NCBI GenBank assembly: GCA_030141605.1
Contig: JAQGDQ010000094.1
Location: 590,429-654,428 of the forward strand
Reading direction: 5' to 3'
Length of the DNA: 64,000 nt
DNA from: Tubiluchus corallicola
Taxonomy: Eukaryota > Animalia > Priapulida
Both the position numbers and the translations under genes were made by a program. Positions 26,538-39,252 of the stretch are shown one piece after another (the first letter of the stretch is position 1; every line of letters begins with the position of its first letter). The notes below the pieces were generated by a model, which worked only from the letters and a program-made list of their open reading frames with translations, had not been told where the DNA came from and made no database searches.

Positions 26538-28034
26538 ATGGCATTTAATTTTATTCTTGGTAAGCGCCTGGAATCTGTAGCTGAAGGATGCGTTGAACCA
26601 CGGTACGAAAAAGAAAAACGAGAAAAGAGCATGGCAGCCGAGAAAAGGAGAGCAGCACAGGAGTGCCTTTTATTGGAGGAGGATGACAGCAGGGCAGATC
26701 CATCAAAATCCTCGCAGCAGTCAGACACAAACAGACAGAGCAGCGATCTGAACAAGAATGGCGTCATCTGTTCAGATCATCCTAACACACGCATAATGAT
26801 CAACATCAGTGGTTTAAGGTTCGAGACCCGGGTAAAGACGTTACGTCGGTACCCTGATTCTTTGTTGGGTAATCCAGCCAAACGTTGCAAGTACTTCGAC
26901 ACTTTGAGGAACGAGTATTATTTTGACCGACATCGACCTAGCTTTGATGCAATTCTCCATTATTACCAGAGTAAAGGGCGACTGCAGCGACCTGCCAATG
27001 TTCCTATGGACGTATTCATCAGTGAAATCAAATTTTTCCAATTAGGCGAGAAGGTGCTTGAGCAATACTTGGAAGGAGAAGGCATCGTGAAGGAGAAACC
27101 AAGAGCTTTACCAAAAAACCCCACTTTGAGGACAATCTGGAAATTGTTTGAGCACCCAGATGCCGGATGGCCATCACGTATTGTGGCAGTTATATCAATA
27201 TCAGTCATAGTGTTATCTGTGATCACATTCTGTGTGGAAACGTTACCAGAATTTTCTCAAAATAAAACTGTTTTGTTTCAAAATGCCACAAGAGATGAGA
27301 TTGGGGCCTTTCTTTTTAGCGATCCTTTCTTTGTCATTGAGACATTGTGTGTGTGCTGGTTTACATTTGAGTTAATCATGCGTTTTGTGTCGTCGCCAAA
27401 TAAATTTAAGTTCTGGAAAAGTTTTATGAATATTATAGATTTGACTGCCATCGTGCCATACTTCATAGGTCTATCAGTGACATACATCAACAAGTCTGGA
27501 GATATGGGATCGATGAGCTTAGCTGTACTCAGGGTTCTTCGTCTAGTCAGGGTGTTTAGAATATTTAAACTGTCACGACATTACAAAGGTTTGCAAGTCA
27601 TTGGTCAAACTTTACGAGCAAGTATTCCAGAATTAGGATTACTTACTTTCTTTCTCATCATTGGCATGATTCTTTTTGCTAGTGCTGTCTACTTTGCCGA
27701 ACTCGACAAAAGTGACTCTCACTTCACTAGTATTCCAGCCGCATTTTGGTGGGTGGTTGTCACCATGACCACAGTTGGATATGGTGACATGTTTCCACAA
27801 ACAGGTTGGGGAAAGTTGGTGGGATCTCTCTGTGTGATATCCGGTGTTCTGACAATAGCACTTCCTGTGCCTATCATTGTGTCAAATTTTGATTATTATT
27901 ACCACCGTCATTGTGACACTGAAGCTTATACGACAGAAGAGGAGGATCCTCAAGCTGATGGCGATATAGGTACCAGAATAGATTTGGAAGCAGCTGGTAG
28001 CAAAAATGATGATTACGATGAAACACATTGCTGA
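26538..28034 (+). CDS. KCNA: Shaker/Kv1 voltage-gated potassium channel alpha subunit, intronless CDS
   Basis: T1 domain ([10 protein letters not shown]...[15 protein letters not shown]...GRLQRP), S1-S3, S4 [18 protein letters not shown], pore AFWW...[11 protein letters not shown]6 [16 protein letters not shown]. In-frame ATGs at 26538 and 26631; the track start 26529 is a TTG. The symbol is family-level only. Confidence 0.97.
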   Translation: MAFNFILGKRLESVAEGCVEPRYEKEKREKSMAAEKRRAAQECLLLEEDDSRADPSKSSQQSDTNRQSSDLNKNGVICSDHPNTRIMINISGLRFETRVKTLRRYPDSLLGNPAKRCKYFDTLRNEYYFDRHRPSFDAILHYYQSKGRLQRPANVPMDVFISEIKFFQLGEKVLEQYLEGEGIVKEKPRALPKNPTLRTIWKLFEHPDAGWPSRIVAVISISVIVLSVITFCVETLPEFSQNKTVLFQNATRDEIGAFLFSDPFFVIETLCVCWFTFELIMRFVSSPNKFKFWKSFMNIIDLTAIVPYFIGLSVTYINKSGDMGSMSLAVLRVLRLVRVFRIFKLSRHYKGLQVIGQTLRASIPELGLLTFFLIIGMILFASAVYFAELDKSDSHFTSIPAAFWWVVVTMTTVGYGDMFPQTGWGKLVGSLCVISGVLTIALPVPIIVSNFDYYYHRHCDTEAYTTEEEDPQADGDIGTRIDLEAAGSKNDDYDETHC

Positions 28035-29011
28035 GATACAGAACGGATTCGTGGTGGATATCTTACAAGCGTACGTTATTTATGTTTAATAATTGTTTCT
28101 CTGTAATACTCATTTCTGGAATGTCTACGATCTGGAATTTTTTCGTTTTGCAGTGTATTTTAAATTTGTTAACAGTTTTAACTAAGTAAAGAAGTTTTTC
28201 AACTTGATTATTAGAGCCCTAATATAGGCATGTACCCCATTTTCATTCCATATTAGAATGCCTTGTATACATTCTGTATGTATAGTCATGAGAAATGTGA
28301 CCTTGTCTTTTACTGTGATACATATAAAGACGGTCAGGTGAACTATAATCATACCTAGGTTTACCGCAATACATGATGTTGGTCTCACATTTCAAGTATG
28401 CTCGTCTTTATTATAATGTGTAATGTTTTGCTAAGTCTGGACTTTAAATGTTCTGCATTTTGTTCGAATTATTCCTATTTTAACAAATTGTAAAAGTAGT
28501 AAGTCTTGATTAAGTTGCTGCAACGCTGCTTTAAATTAGGACTGGTGCCGTAAAATCATTTTGTTCATTCAAATGTACTGAACTTCATAATATACTTAGA
28601 TATCGTTTACTACAGTAACTCTGTTTAATTCGTATCTTTGAGGATGGATGAAATTCTTCGTATTATGCGAAATATGGGTTCTGTGACAATTTGTACATGC
28701 GCATAGAAGCTCATTTGAGTTGTCAGAGTTAATCAGGTCTGTCGTTAGCTGATTTGATTGTATAAAATGATGGAAAGCAATGTGGTCTATTAATAAACAT
28801 GGATGTTTATGAAACAAACATGTTATTTGCTTAAGGCTATGCGATATAATGCCTACCTTCAAAGTAGATGTTGTTTTCTTATACGGATTGTTTGCCATTT
28901 TTATCTTGCTATAACGTTGATAACATTTGTTGTTTCCAGTACCATTTCAAAACTATATTGTGTATTTCTTTCTATTAATTTTTTTGTTATGTCATGCTCA
29001 GTTTTGCAGCC

Positions 29012-29128
<117 letters not shown>

Positions 29129-29383
29129 TTATTGTATTATTCACGTTCGTATTTAAAAGACTCACTTGACAATCAAATACCGTATGATAACAATCATGAG
29201 CTAAATTATTGTTTTTACAATGGCCTGTTGCTTGAATCTCGTTCCATGCTTATGTCATAATTTAAAAAAATATTTTCACTAATTAACTATTAAATGAGCT
29301 AAGCATGTTCTCTAAATAGTAATAATACATGTAATTGTTGTTTCAACAGAAATCTTTGCTGAAGTCTTTTTTATGCTGATTTC

Positions 29384-29389
29384 AATAAA
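29384..29389 (+). terminator. Candidate polyadenylation signal for Kv1
   Basis: AATAAA 1.35 kb after the stop. An alternative AATAAA lies at 28792. Confidence 0.3.
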
Positions 29390-31307
29390 ACTAAAGACTT
29401 AGGAATCACTTCAGTACATTTCTAATTCAGTAAGCCGTTTTTCATAGAATTATAACTTTATATGTACCTAATTACAGACCCCTTATAAGTACAATTATTA
29501 AACTTTGCATTAAAATTTATACTAAAGTGGAAAGTTGTGCCTCATTAATAATAATTGCAGATTTGCAAGCGTATTTGATTGTCAGGGGATAAAACGATTT
29601 TAATCTAAATGAGAGAAGCAAGTAACAAATCATTGTTTTCCAGTAAACAGGTTCGATTGGTGATTGGACAAATGAGGCTGGGAAATACAAATTTTAAGGC
29701 TTTTCTGCATTTTATAGTATTTTTGAATTCCTTTTTCAGTTTCAATTTAAGAGGATCTCGTGTTGGATCTATTAACTTTTGTTAATGTTTGATAATTTTT
29801 CTTTGAGATTTTTTTGTAGACAAACGTCCCATAATACCACATAATTATAGCTTGAACCATATGTCAATAACGTACTTGCTAATCCTTGGGTTTACGCCGC
29901 TTGACCAGTATTTGCTACTGATAGGAATCGCAGGTATTTACCATTTGTGTATATAGAAATCATAATTACATTACTATGATGTTATTAAAATTAGCTTGTT
30001 GTTTGTTATTGTTATTTCAAGTTTTCAAATTGCTTTGTAACCGCCTGATTCCTCGTGTTGAAAGCACTAATTTTAACTTGTTGCTATTATTGGTTGGTAC
30101 GTAAACGTGCCAGGACTAATATCCATTGTATTATTATTAAAATTTTTACATTAAATATTACCATTCTACCTATGCCATTTTTGTCACTTTTGTAGCCTAC
30201 TGTTCGTATGTTGTAAAAACAGTTTGAAATTACCCGTTTAATTTTTTCTTGTAAAATAATAACGAGATCTTTTAAATTACCTTCTTCTTGATGATAGAAT
30301 CGTTACTGTTTGGTACATAATTTCTATGTATTGTGCAATTCTAACATCCCGGTTTTAAATCAGTATTCCCAATAAACGATTTTTTGTTATAACGTTGAGA
30401 AGTTAAGTGATCATTATACTTTCTGTTGTTATTGTAGCAGTGCACACAATAATTTCCAATCTTTCAACAGTATTTTTTAACAATATTTCAAAGTCAGTTA
30501 TTAATAAAATTTGATTGTTAGACCATCATCGTCGTACGTCCATCACGTTACATCTATTATAGCGCTGGGCATGCAGAATTTTAAAATAAAAAAATCCGCC
30601 CTCGAGATAGCTAAACAAAGCAGTAATCCAGAAAAAACTAGTCACTGCTATTGTGGTGTCTGGTCAGCACCATTTCCGTTCTCTTGAGCATCATTGAAAC
30701 ACTAAAATCTTGTTGGAGAACGCCGTTTACTAGTTGCGACATGCGTGCTGCCATCTAGGGCCTACAAAAAATGTTATTAAGCAAGACAGAAGCTAGTGTT
30801 GTCCTTCCGCGGGTGTAAACGATGTGGTAGAGAAATGAGGTATTTAGGAAATTAAGTTAGATCCGGAATTTGAACGCAAGATCTTTGTCATTCAAAATGC
30901 ACATGCTTCACCGACCAGACAAATGATTGACAACTGTCTCACTGAATGTTATTGAGCTGCTTTGTTTAGAAATATTATGCTTATTTTTTAATTTATTTTT
31001 TATTTTAAATTTGTTTCATACATGTATACATAGCATTGTATAAAAATTAAAAATACTCAACTATACTACAAAATAGCGGTAGAAATAAATAAAATATTTA
31101 CATATGCATACATACACACCCAGACACAAAACATAAAATCACAAGACAGATCACTAAAAATACAATACACAGAGGCATGAAACTCAATAAAACTCACCTT
31201 AAAATGGTAAAAGATGTTGATTTCATAATGCAAAATATAGTTTGTAGTTTGTACCAGTTCGTCCATATAACTGTATTGTGATATGCAGAGTAAACATACA
31301 ATTTATC

Positions 31308-31435
31308 AATAATATTATTAGGTATTTCTGCCAGCCCTTATATAAAGAATCCTGTTATTTTTCGTGTAATAATATTATTAGGTATTTCTGCCAGCCCTTA
31401 TATAAAGAATCCTGTTATCTTTCGTGTAATAATAT
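31308..31435. repeat. 60-bp tandem duplication
   Basis: aatattattaggtatttctgccagcccttatataaagaatcctgttatttttcgtgtaat occurs twice with one mismatch. Confidence 0.95.
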
Positions 31436-31545
31436 CATAGTTTGGCTTAAATAAAACACAAGCCCAGTGATATTTGGTTACTTTCATATGTTAAGTTTGT
31501 CCATTACCTTTCATCAGTACTAAACACTGTATAAACTAGAATGCA

Positions 31546-31760
31546 AGCACTAACGTGCTTGGATCCAGCACGTCCAATTTGCTCGTTTGATCTTTTTGTA
31601 AAGACAAAGTTAATGGTTTTCACAAGAAAGTCGCGGGAAGCATTTAGCACAGCATAGAATATGTTTTCCATACTGTTGGGCAAACTGTTTGTTAGACTCA
31701 CGGTTAACAGAATCAGTCGCTTAATTGACTAATAAACGTCTGGTTCGTGCCGCTCCTATT
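31546..31760. mobile_element. MITE family B, shorter copy 2
   Basis: agcactaacgtgcttggatccagcacgtc matches 21655-21682. A degenerate right end ttcgtgccgctcc lies at about 31744. Confidence 0.55.
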
Positions 31761-33239
31761 CAAATGTGTATAAAAACTGTCGGCAGTTGATTCAATAACT
31801 CCGCATAACTAGCTCAATTTTTGTAGTTAAAATAAGACACTTGCGATCAAAGAGCGTTTACTACAGCGCGCCTTTGCAAACCATTATTTTCCGTGTTTGT
31901 CGTTTCCACTGCTTCCGCACAGAAAGCCACGTAAACACACGGATACGTACTCTAATAGTCAAACCATTTTTTCTGCGGAGGGACAAGTTCATTTTTATAA
32001 TGGAGAGACTCACACGATGTAGAGATTAAACCTGGTTTGACGACAAGTTAATCCCAAATATAGTCACAGAGATTTTACAAAGGAGCTGTACGTCGAAGTG
32101 CCTATGATGCCTATGAAGTCAATAGTGATTTTAGAATATATCTTGTTTTTGTTATTAAGTTAGCGTTCCCGTAAATTTAGATCTGATTTTGCGATTGCAT
32201 TTTTTAATTCATAGTATATATTTACACGCGCTTTTGCAACAATAGATCTACTTTGCCCTGAAAATGTTCTTTCATAGTTATGTTGTTACAATGAAAAAAA
32301 CTTGTAAGCTTCAAAACATTGTTACCTATATGATAAAAACCGCTTTTTAATTTTCAGTGAAAACAATCGGTCCATTTGAATTCTACTGGAAAGCACGCTG
32401 TAAAATTGCGACTTCTCGGTACGCTTCACGACGAAATGCTTGTGATAACTTTTAAAGATATATTTGACAACAACACCACTAGACAATCTAACCAAGCTTT
32501 AGGGATTACAAAGACAAATGCGTGCCATAGGAAATGACATTAAGTCATTTCGCATCAAATAATAAAATACTATAAACAATAACTGGCAATCGGCCTGTGC
32601 TTAATTTCCAACGTGCTGAAGTATAACTCTACATAACTAATTGGTTTACTTGTCAGATGAATTTAAATTAAATCATATTGTTGATAAGTTCTTAAGGCTT
32701 TAAAACCAGTATTTATTTCCCAGTATTTATTTCACGAAGCTGTTTGTTGTGTTTGTTTTTCTTTTTTCTTTAGCGTTACTACAGCTATTCTTGTTTCTTG
32801 ACTATCACTCACTCACACTGGGCAAATTTTTATGGTGAAAAAAATCGCAAGTAGCGTATCATGTACACACGGAAACATCTGTTGACGCATGCGCGGTATG
32901 CGTGTGTGTCCAATTCGTGCTTTTTTTTTAGAAAATTAGCTGGATCAAGGGCGTATAGACCATTAAGCAAGGGCAAAGAAAACAAACGAAACTGATCCCT
33001 GAAAATCTAGAACAAACACAAAGCTGCCTGATATTGTTTACAAAAAGAAACATGCAAACGTTGTAAACTAACAACCTGTACCACTGTCTGTATTTCAGTC
33101 AAAATATGAAAAGATAAAACGTATATGCAGCACAGAATTAAATTTTAGAGATGAAAAGGGCTAGTTAGAAGATTATGGATAAAAGCACAAAGAGCCAAAG
33201 ATACTTACCGGTGCCTATTAAAAGATAAATGATTATTCA

Positions 33240-33560
33240 GATTTACATCTTTTAAACGGTTTTTAACAAGTTTGCTACCCTGAGCACACAGCAAAGCAGC
33301 ATCGTCGACAGACCCAGGGAGTTCATTCCAGATTTAATTATTCTATTTGAAAAACTTTTTTGAAATAACCAAGTTGGCGGTGAGTAGGCTGCAACTTTAA
33401 GCGGTGACCCCAGGTTACATCAGATACAAGTGCTTTGCTAAAAATACATATTTGTCTATAGCACTGTCTCCATTTAATATAGGATATGTTGACCAAACAT
33501 ACATCGTTAGATCATACAATGAGATTTGTCAGACTTTACAACGCTCACCAAACGAGATAA
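33240..33560 (-). mobile_element. CR1-type LINE ORF2 3' remnant
   Basis: The minus strand reads GHRLKLQPTHRQLGYFKKSFSNRIIK/WNELP (one frameshift), matching the CR1 C-terminal GHxxKL...FSNRVVxxWNxLP pattern. Confidence 0.7.
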
Positions 33561-34468
33561 TGCTACGTACATTTTATATAAAATAAACTAAAGATTGACC
33601 GATTGATTAAAGATAAAGACAAATTAAGTTATTTTGTATTTTTGGTAAAATGCACACTCGCAGGTTTTTTTAGTAAACAGGTATACACTAAACATAAATC
33701 ATTTACTCCGCCAACCCATTGTACGTCGAATCACATCTGATAATAGCTGACTTTAATCAAATTATGCAATTCAGCTAAACTTTGCCAAAATTTTGATTTT
33801 TCAAGGCACTAGCGTCCTCTCCTCACTGCTACAGTTACTACATGTTTACAGCGTGACAGAGACTACACACTACAAGTTGCTCGCGCCATCTGTTGCAAAT
33901 AAATAAAATTTCGCATGGGTGCGATAAGTATAGTACAATCTCTCTTATTGCTACGCACAACATGCATTATTACAGAATTGTACAGTTTTGCAGTTTTGAG
34001 TTACTCGCTTGCGAAGTAATTCTACAGAAAGGTTTGTTTCGCAGTGATGCTGCTATCGTTCTCGATTTTGCATTATCTTTTAATATTGTGACGTCAGAGT
34101 TGACCAACTCCCCACTTCTAAATTTTTACGAAAGAATCGGATTCCATCACATCAGTAAATGGTGTTCTAAATGAGTATTCAGGCAGTTTGGCAGAAAAAC
34201 TCAATAAGCGATTAACACAATGCTTTGCGTTCCAGATTGTTTACATACCACATGTTTATTTGAGCTGATTAAATTTTATCGTTTATTTCTAACGTAATAC
34301 ATAACACAACTACAACTAGCATGAAATTATTGCTGAAATAAGCGCCTCAAAATGTCTCTAAATTGTTCATGTTATTCTTCTCTCTTTTTATTTCACTCTT
34401 TTCGTCCTTTTTTGTCGTTCTCATCATTTCTCATCCTCTCTCCTCTCGTTTCTCTCTTCCATCTCTCT

Positions 34469-34472
<4 letters not shown>

Positions 34473-34523
<51 letters not shown>
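34473..34523. repeat. (CT)n microsatellite in a pyrimidine-rich tract
   Basis: Perfect CT run. Confidence 0.97.
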
Positions 34524-34526
<3 letters not shown>

Positions 34527-35039
34527 CCCACCTCTCTCTCGTTCCCCGTTCTCTGTGTCTTTTCTTATCTCTTTATCTGTTCACTCAACTCGCCTTTTTT
34601 CTCTGCTTCAGATGGGGTCTTGAAAATTAGCTCTTATGAATGCATAGGAGTGAACGTGTGAACGTAATGACAGAAACTTATGCTTTTGTACACACCTCTA
34701 CAAACTGTTTTTACCACATCTTGGCCATATTTTATATAAGTTGATTGCCGGTGCAGATGATGAAATCCGATGTTGTTAAAGTCAATAATTTTCAGTTTTA
34801 AAAATCTACAAATTAAAAAGTGGTTGATTATTCGTTTATTTTTCTTTTCTACCAACAGGCACGGGGACGTATCAATAGCTTAAACAATATAAACAATAAT
34901 TTCAAAATCAGAATTTTTTCCGTGTAATTAGACTGCGTTGAGCATTTCAGGGTATGTATATTTTTTGCTGGCTGACAAAATTGGCAGATCATATCAATTT
35001 GTAAAGTAGCCGCGATTAAGGGGTTCAAAATCTTGAAAC

Positions 35040-35224
35040 CTATTAACTTAACTTTCTATTAACTTGTGCGACTTTTTTTGGGGAAGATATTTTTCTGGGA
35101 AATGGTTTTTTCATCATTTGATCGGTACCCGAAGAATTTTGTGATTGTCCGAAAATTTTTTGCCGAATTGGGGGGGGGGGGTGAGGGCTGCAGCTCCCTT
35201 CCCCTTCACTGGTTCGTATGCCTG
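35040..35224 (-). mobile_element. Possible single end of a non-autonomous hAT-like element
   Basis: The minus strand begins CAGGCATACG...GGGAGCTGCAGCCCTCACCCCCCCCCC, a GC-rich subterminal palindrome pattern. The partner end was not found. Confidence 0.3.
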
Positions 35225-35292
35225 TACCGTGATCTATATGCACTAAAGTGACCCATGCCTTAAGTGAGGTCATCCATATTGAACCAGTTTTA

Positions 35293-35469
35293 GGTGACGT
35301 TTAGCATCCAGAATGCGTATGCTGTTTATCTTTTTTTCAATGCGCCCGTTTATCAGACCTGCGTTATGCATTATTTCTTTCTGCAGCTATTTTCTATTGA
35401 TTTTTATTCCGGAACTATTCCGCAGATGGATAACGCATAACGCATTCCGGATGTCTGGTAAACGCCACT
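35293..35469. mobile_element. MITE family A, copy 2
   Basis: Shares caatgcgcccgtt...gacctgcgttatgc...ctgcag...taacgcataacgcattccggatg with 7806-8002. Ends GGTGACGTTT / AAACGCCACT are flanked by TTA on both sides (Harbinger-type TSD). Confidence 0.75.
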
Positions 35470-35624
35470 TTAATGCCATTTGATTATCCGAAGCTCTTTT
35501 AAAAATAATTCTACGTTCCTCCTTGCGAAAGAATGTTAGAATATGCAGGCATAAAAGATTTGTAGGTCTACCATGTCGTCGTGTATAAGAAGACTGAACG
35601 GTGTACTACTGTAAATTAAGATAC

Positions 35625-38380
35625 TTTAGATATTTATTAGTGTCAAAAATACATACAATGCAAGAAAAAACAAGGCATACATACAATTTCGATTTTGAAA
35701 TATACAAGAAAAAACAAGACACACATACAATTTCGATTTTGAAATATAATGATACTATATACAAACAAAACAATTACTAATAAAACAAATATTATTAAAT
35801 CTGCTTGTTAGTTGTATTAGTTACTTAAATGAAACGTTCAATGATTAGTATTTAAAATAAATTGTCATTCCTTAGGCCTCATTTTCAATGGTATGATTAT
35901 TACATAGTATATTGTTCTTCATGTCTTAAAAACGCTTTTTCAACATAATCAATAAATGCCTTAATTACTTCCAAATCATTACTTCTCATCAGGAATAAAA
36001 ATTTATCAGCATCGCTCATAAGGAAAAATTCTGGTATAATTACATTGATGCGATTATATAATTTCTTTCTAAAATCATTGTAATATGGGTTTTTATAACA
36101 AAGTGTAATTGGTCTTCGATTTCATTTCTTAAATAGTATGAGCGTATACCATTTCCAGCTGGGATTTTTCAAGGTTTAACGTACCTCCCTCTTTCAATAC
36201 ACAAAGTATGAGAGCTGATTCTCAGTTTTGTAAATTTTGTTATAGCATATTTGGAATAACCAGAAAGTAAATAGTTTCCTAGTTGATATTGTTTTTTGAA
36301 GGTACGATACGTTCGCAGTTTGTTTTGTCCATCAGGTTTGTTATTATTATGGATTTCTTCTTCCCAAAACAAAGTATAATCAGTTTTTATGAAGTAGTCG
36401 CTTAGGTGAAAACGTTGTCTGGTTATTCCACACGTGTTCAAAGCTAAATACACATAATGTATACTTAACAAAAGTAGTCCAACAAAAACAGCTAAGTTTC
36501 GGTTTTCGTTATAAGCAGTGGCGGATTGTATACTTAATTATTTTAATAAAAATGGGGGAAACGGCCACGTTCTGCCCTAGTCGCACATTTGCTTGATTTG
36601 TTATCGACATTCAAAAGAAATCTGCATAATTTAATATTGGCATCTTCGCTTGGCGCACTATCAAATTTAGTTTGAATAAGCGGAGAATTGGTTTTAATTT
36701 TAGTAATGCTAGGTCCCCATACACAAGAGCCATACAGCATGATAGGTACTACAGTATGTTCAAATAATTTGATAATAGTAAGTGGATTTGAGATGTACTT
36801 TTTCATGCAGTAAAAAGCTTTTAGGCATTTGTCTTTTAGTTTGGTGCAGCTTTGCCTGAAAGCACCGACCACTAAGTATTCAGAGGATTGGACTATTTTC
36901 AGCTTATCAGACCCATAGGTAAAGTTCAAGTCTTTTAGACTTCTACTTCTGCCTGCTTTGTTAAAAACAATAATTTCTGTCTTTTTAGTGTTAACTTCTA
37001 GAGCCCATTCGCTACAATAATTATTAAGCTTATTTAAGGCATTGTTGCAATCCTGACTGGGAACAAGAAAGTAAGACATATCATCTGCATAGAGAAGACA
37101 TTTGGTTTCAAAATTGCCTAGACTGACGGGATCGCATTCATTAGATGTGAAAACTGTTGGTAAGTCATTGATATACAAGGAAAAGAGAACTGAGCTCAAC
37201 GTACATCCTTGCTTAACACCTAAGGAGGATGCTATATCTATATACCGCCAGCGATTTTAACGGAGTAATTAGCTTTAGAGTAAATATTTTGCAGAATCTT
37301 AAGAAAATAACCACCTATATTATTTTATAGCAATTTATAGTACAATCCAATTCGCCAAACTGCGTCAAAGGCTTTGCGCAAATCAACGAAATAACAACAA
37401 AGTTTATGATTTGGTTTCAAAAATTTATCAATAAGTGTTTTTAATGTAAACATATGGTCACTGGTACGACAGCCTTTTTTAAATCCTATTTAAAATGCAG
37501 AATGTTATTATTAGGAATTTTCTAACCTGTTATTAAGAATGCTCGCAAATAATTTGCTTAAGCTGCTTGAAATGGCAATTCCGCTATAATTGTTTGGATC
37601 TGTTGCATTTCCACTTTTGTATATTGGGATGATGTGGCTTTGCTTCCACTGGGTAGGATAGCAGGAACCAGAAAAGACCAAATTTATTAATTTACGAAGA
37701 TAGGGAACCATAACTTCGCTTGAAGCATTTCCTTTATTAACCGTCTGTACCAGCAGTTTTGTTATTAAAACTGTTTAATGACAATCAGGATTTCCGTATC
37801 AGTCATTCTATAATCTAACTGAGAAAAAGAAGTGTAATTTTCTTCAATATACTCTGACAATTTTTTAGTTTTTCTCCAATGGCTGTCATTACTATTCAAT
37901 GAACTTCGAAAATGTTCTACCCAAACTATTGGGTCAATGTCATCGCCCTTGTTTAAGGTTTTTTTCTGGGTTCTGATTATCTTTCAAGTGTTTGATTAGG
38001 TTCCAAAAGACCTTCGGATTTTTAGTTTCCAGTTCAGTTAGTTGTTTCATAACACGGGCTTGATATTCCCTGTGTGCTTGCTGCTTGATCTTTTTATAAT
38101 ACCTCTGTTCTTTAAAGTACAGTTCTCGTAAGTTTCTATTATAAGGGGCGCTTTGCAATTTAAAATGCAAGTATTTTAGTCGGTTGTGGGCTGCTTTCCA
38201 TTGACTGTTAAACCATTTCTTATCTGGCCAGTGTTTTTGCTGGGCTACGCGTTTATTATTATTTAGAGTATTTCGTTCTTTAATTATCTTAGATGCAGCT
38301 ATAAAGCAAAATGGAATTAATGTTATTTACAGCCGCTTCAATCTCGTTCTCGTTTACATTATAATTAAAGCAATGTAGTA
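35625..38380 (-). mobile_element. Decayed, 5'-truncated non-LTR retrotransposon (RTE-X-like), RT and C-terminal region
   Basis: Broken ORFs include IIPIYKSGNATDPNNYSGIAISSSLSKLF, FVDLRKAFDAVW (37360-37390), GVKQGCTLSSVLFSLYINDL, LLYADD and KLRTYRTFK...KLRISSHTLCIERGRY. There are several stops and frameshifts, AATAAA near 35635, and a 44-bp duplication at 35661-35748. The clade is tentative. Confidence 0.9.
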
Positions 38381-39252
38381 TAGTGCATTAAGGCCTTTTT
38401 ATAAATAATCTCTGGATTGTGGCACGTCAAGCTTCGCTAGCGGTTTCTTTACTTGCGTAAACTACATGAAAGTGCGCACATCATTGTCTATTGTTGAGCA
38501 GATGAAACCACAAAATACTATAATTTGTTAAAATCAAACCTGTTGTAGTTTGCCATTTTTTATGAAAGATGAAGTGTAGCCAACCTAAAAGGAGAGAAAG
38601 TAGGTAAATTAGTAAAATTATGGTATTGTGTGCTTTCATTCGCATACATTACCCATCAACTATAGTGAATGATGAAAGCAATTTACCTGTAGCATAAGAC
38701 TTCACCGCCACACTCAACAAAAATTAGAACAACGTCCATACTAACTGAACACAACAGAGTAGCGCCACCTATCAATACTGGCCTTCATTCACTTTGTTAA
38801 ACGAATGCGATTCGCAATGTCTACACAATTATATTACTAGAATTTAATAACCAAGATTTAATAGACAAAATAAGCAACAGAGGAAATGAATTAAAGCAAC
38901 AAGGTTTCTCTCAAAAGCAAGTTTTGAACAACGTGTACGTTGATGACACATCACATCATGCCAGTGATTCCACGTCAGCAGCGCCGCGTCACGTTTTTGC
39001 AGCCATGTGTAAATTTTTACAGACATGTACGAATCTTGATAAGGCAGTTGTAAAGCTGCATGAGTGCATTTCTATTTACGTACTTACGCACCTCATATCT
39101 ATTTATACATTATTATATGAGGTGCATCTAGTTACGTAGGCCTATTCTATTAGTCAAAATAATGCTTAGATGCGCAGTCAAGATTCGTGTTTTCTAAGCT
39201 GAAAGAGTTAGACGGAATTTGCCAACTTTATAAGGCCTTGCTAATTTTTGTA

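Noticed and set aside
26516-27493. Antisense ORFs over Kv1, the GRL exons and the LINE
   Set aside because: Shadow frames of real coding sequence with no independent features.
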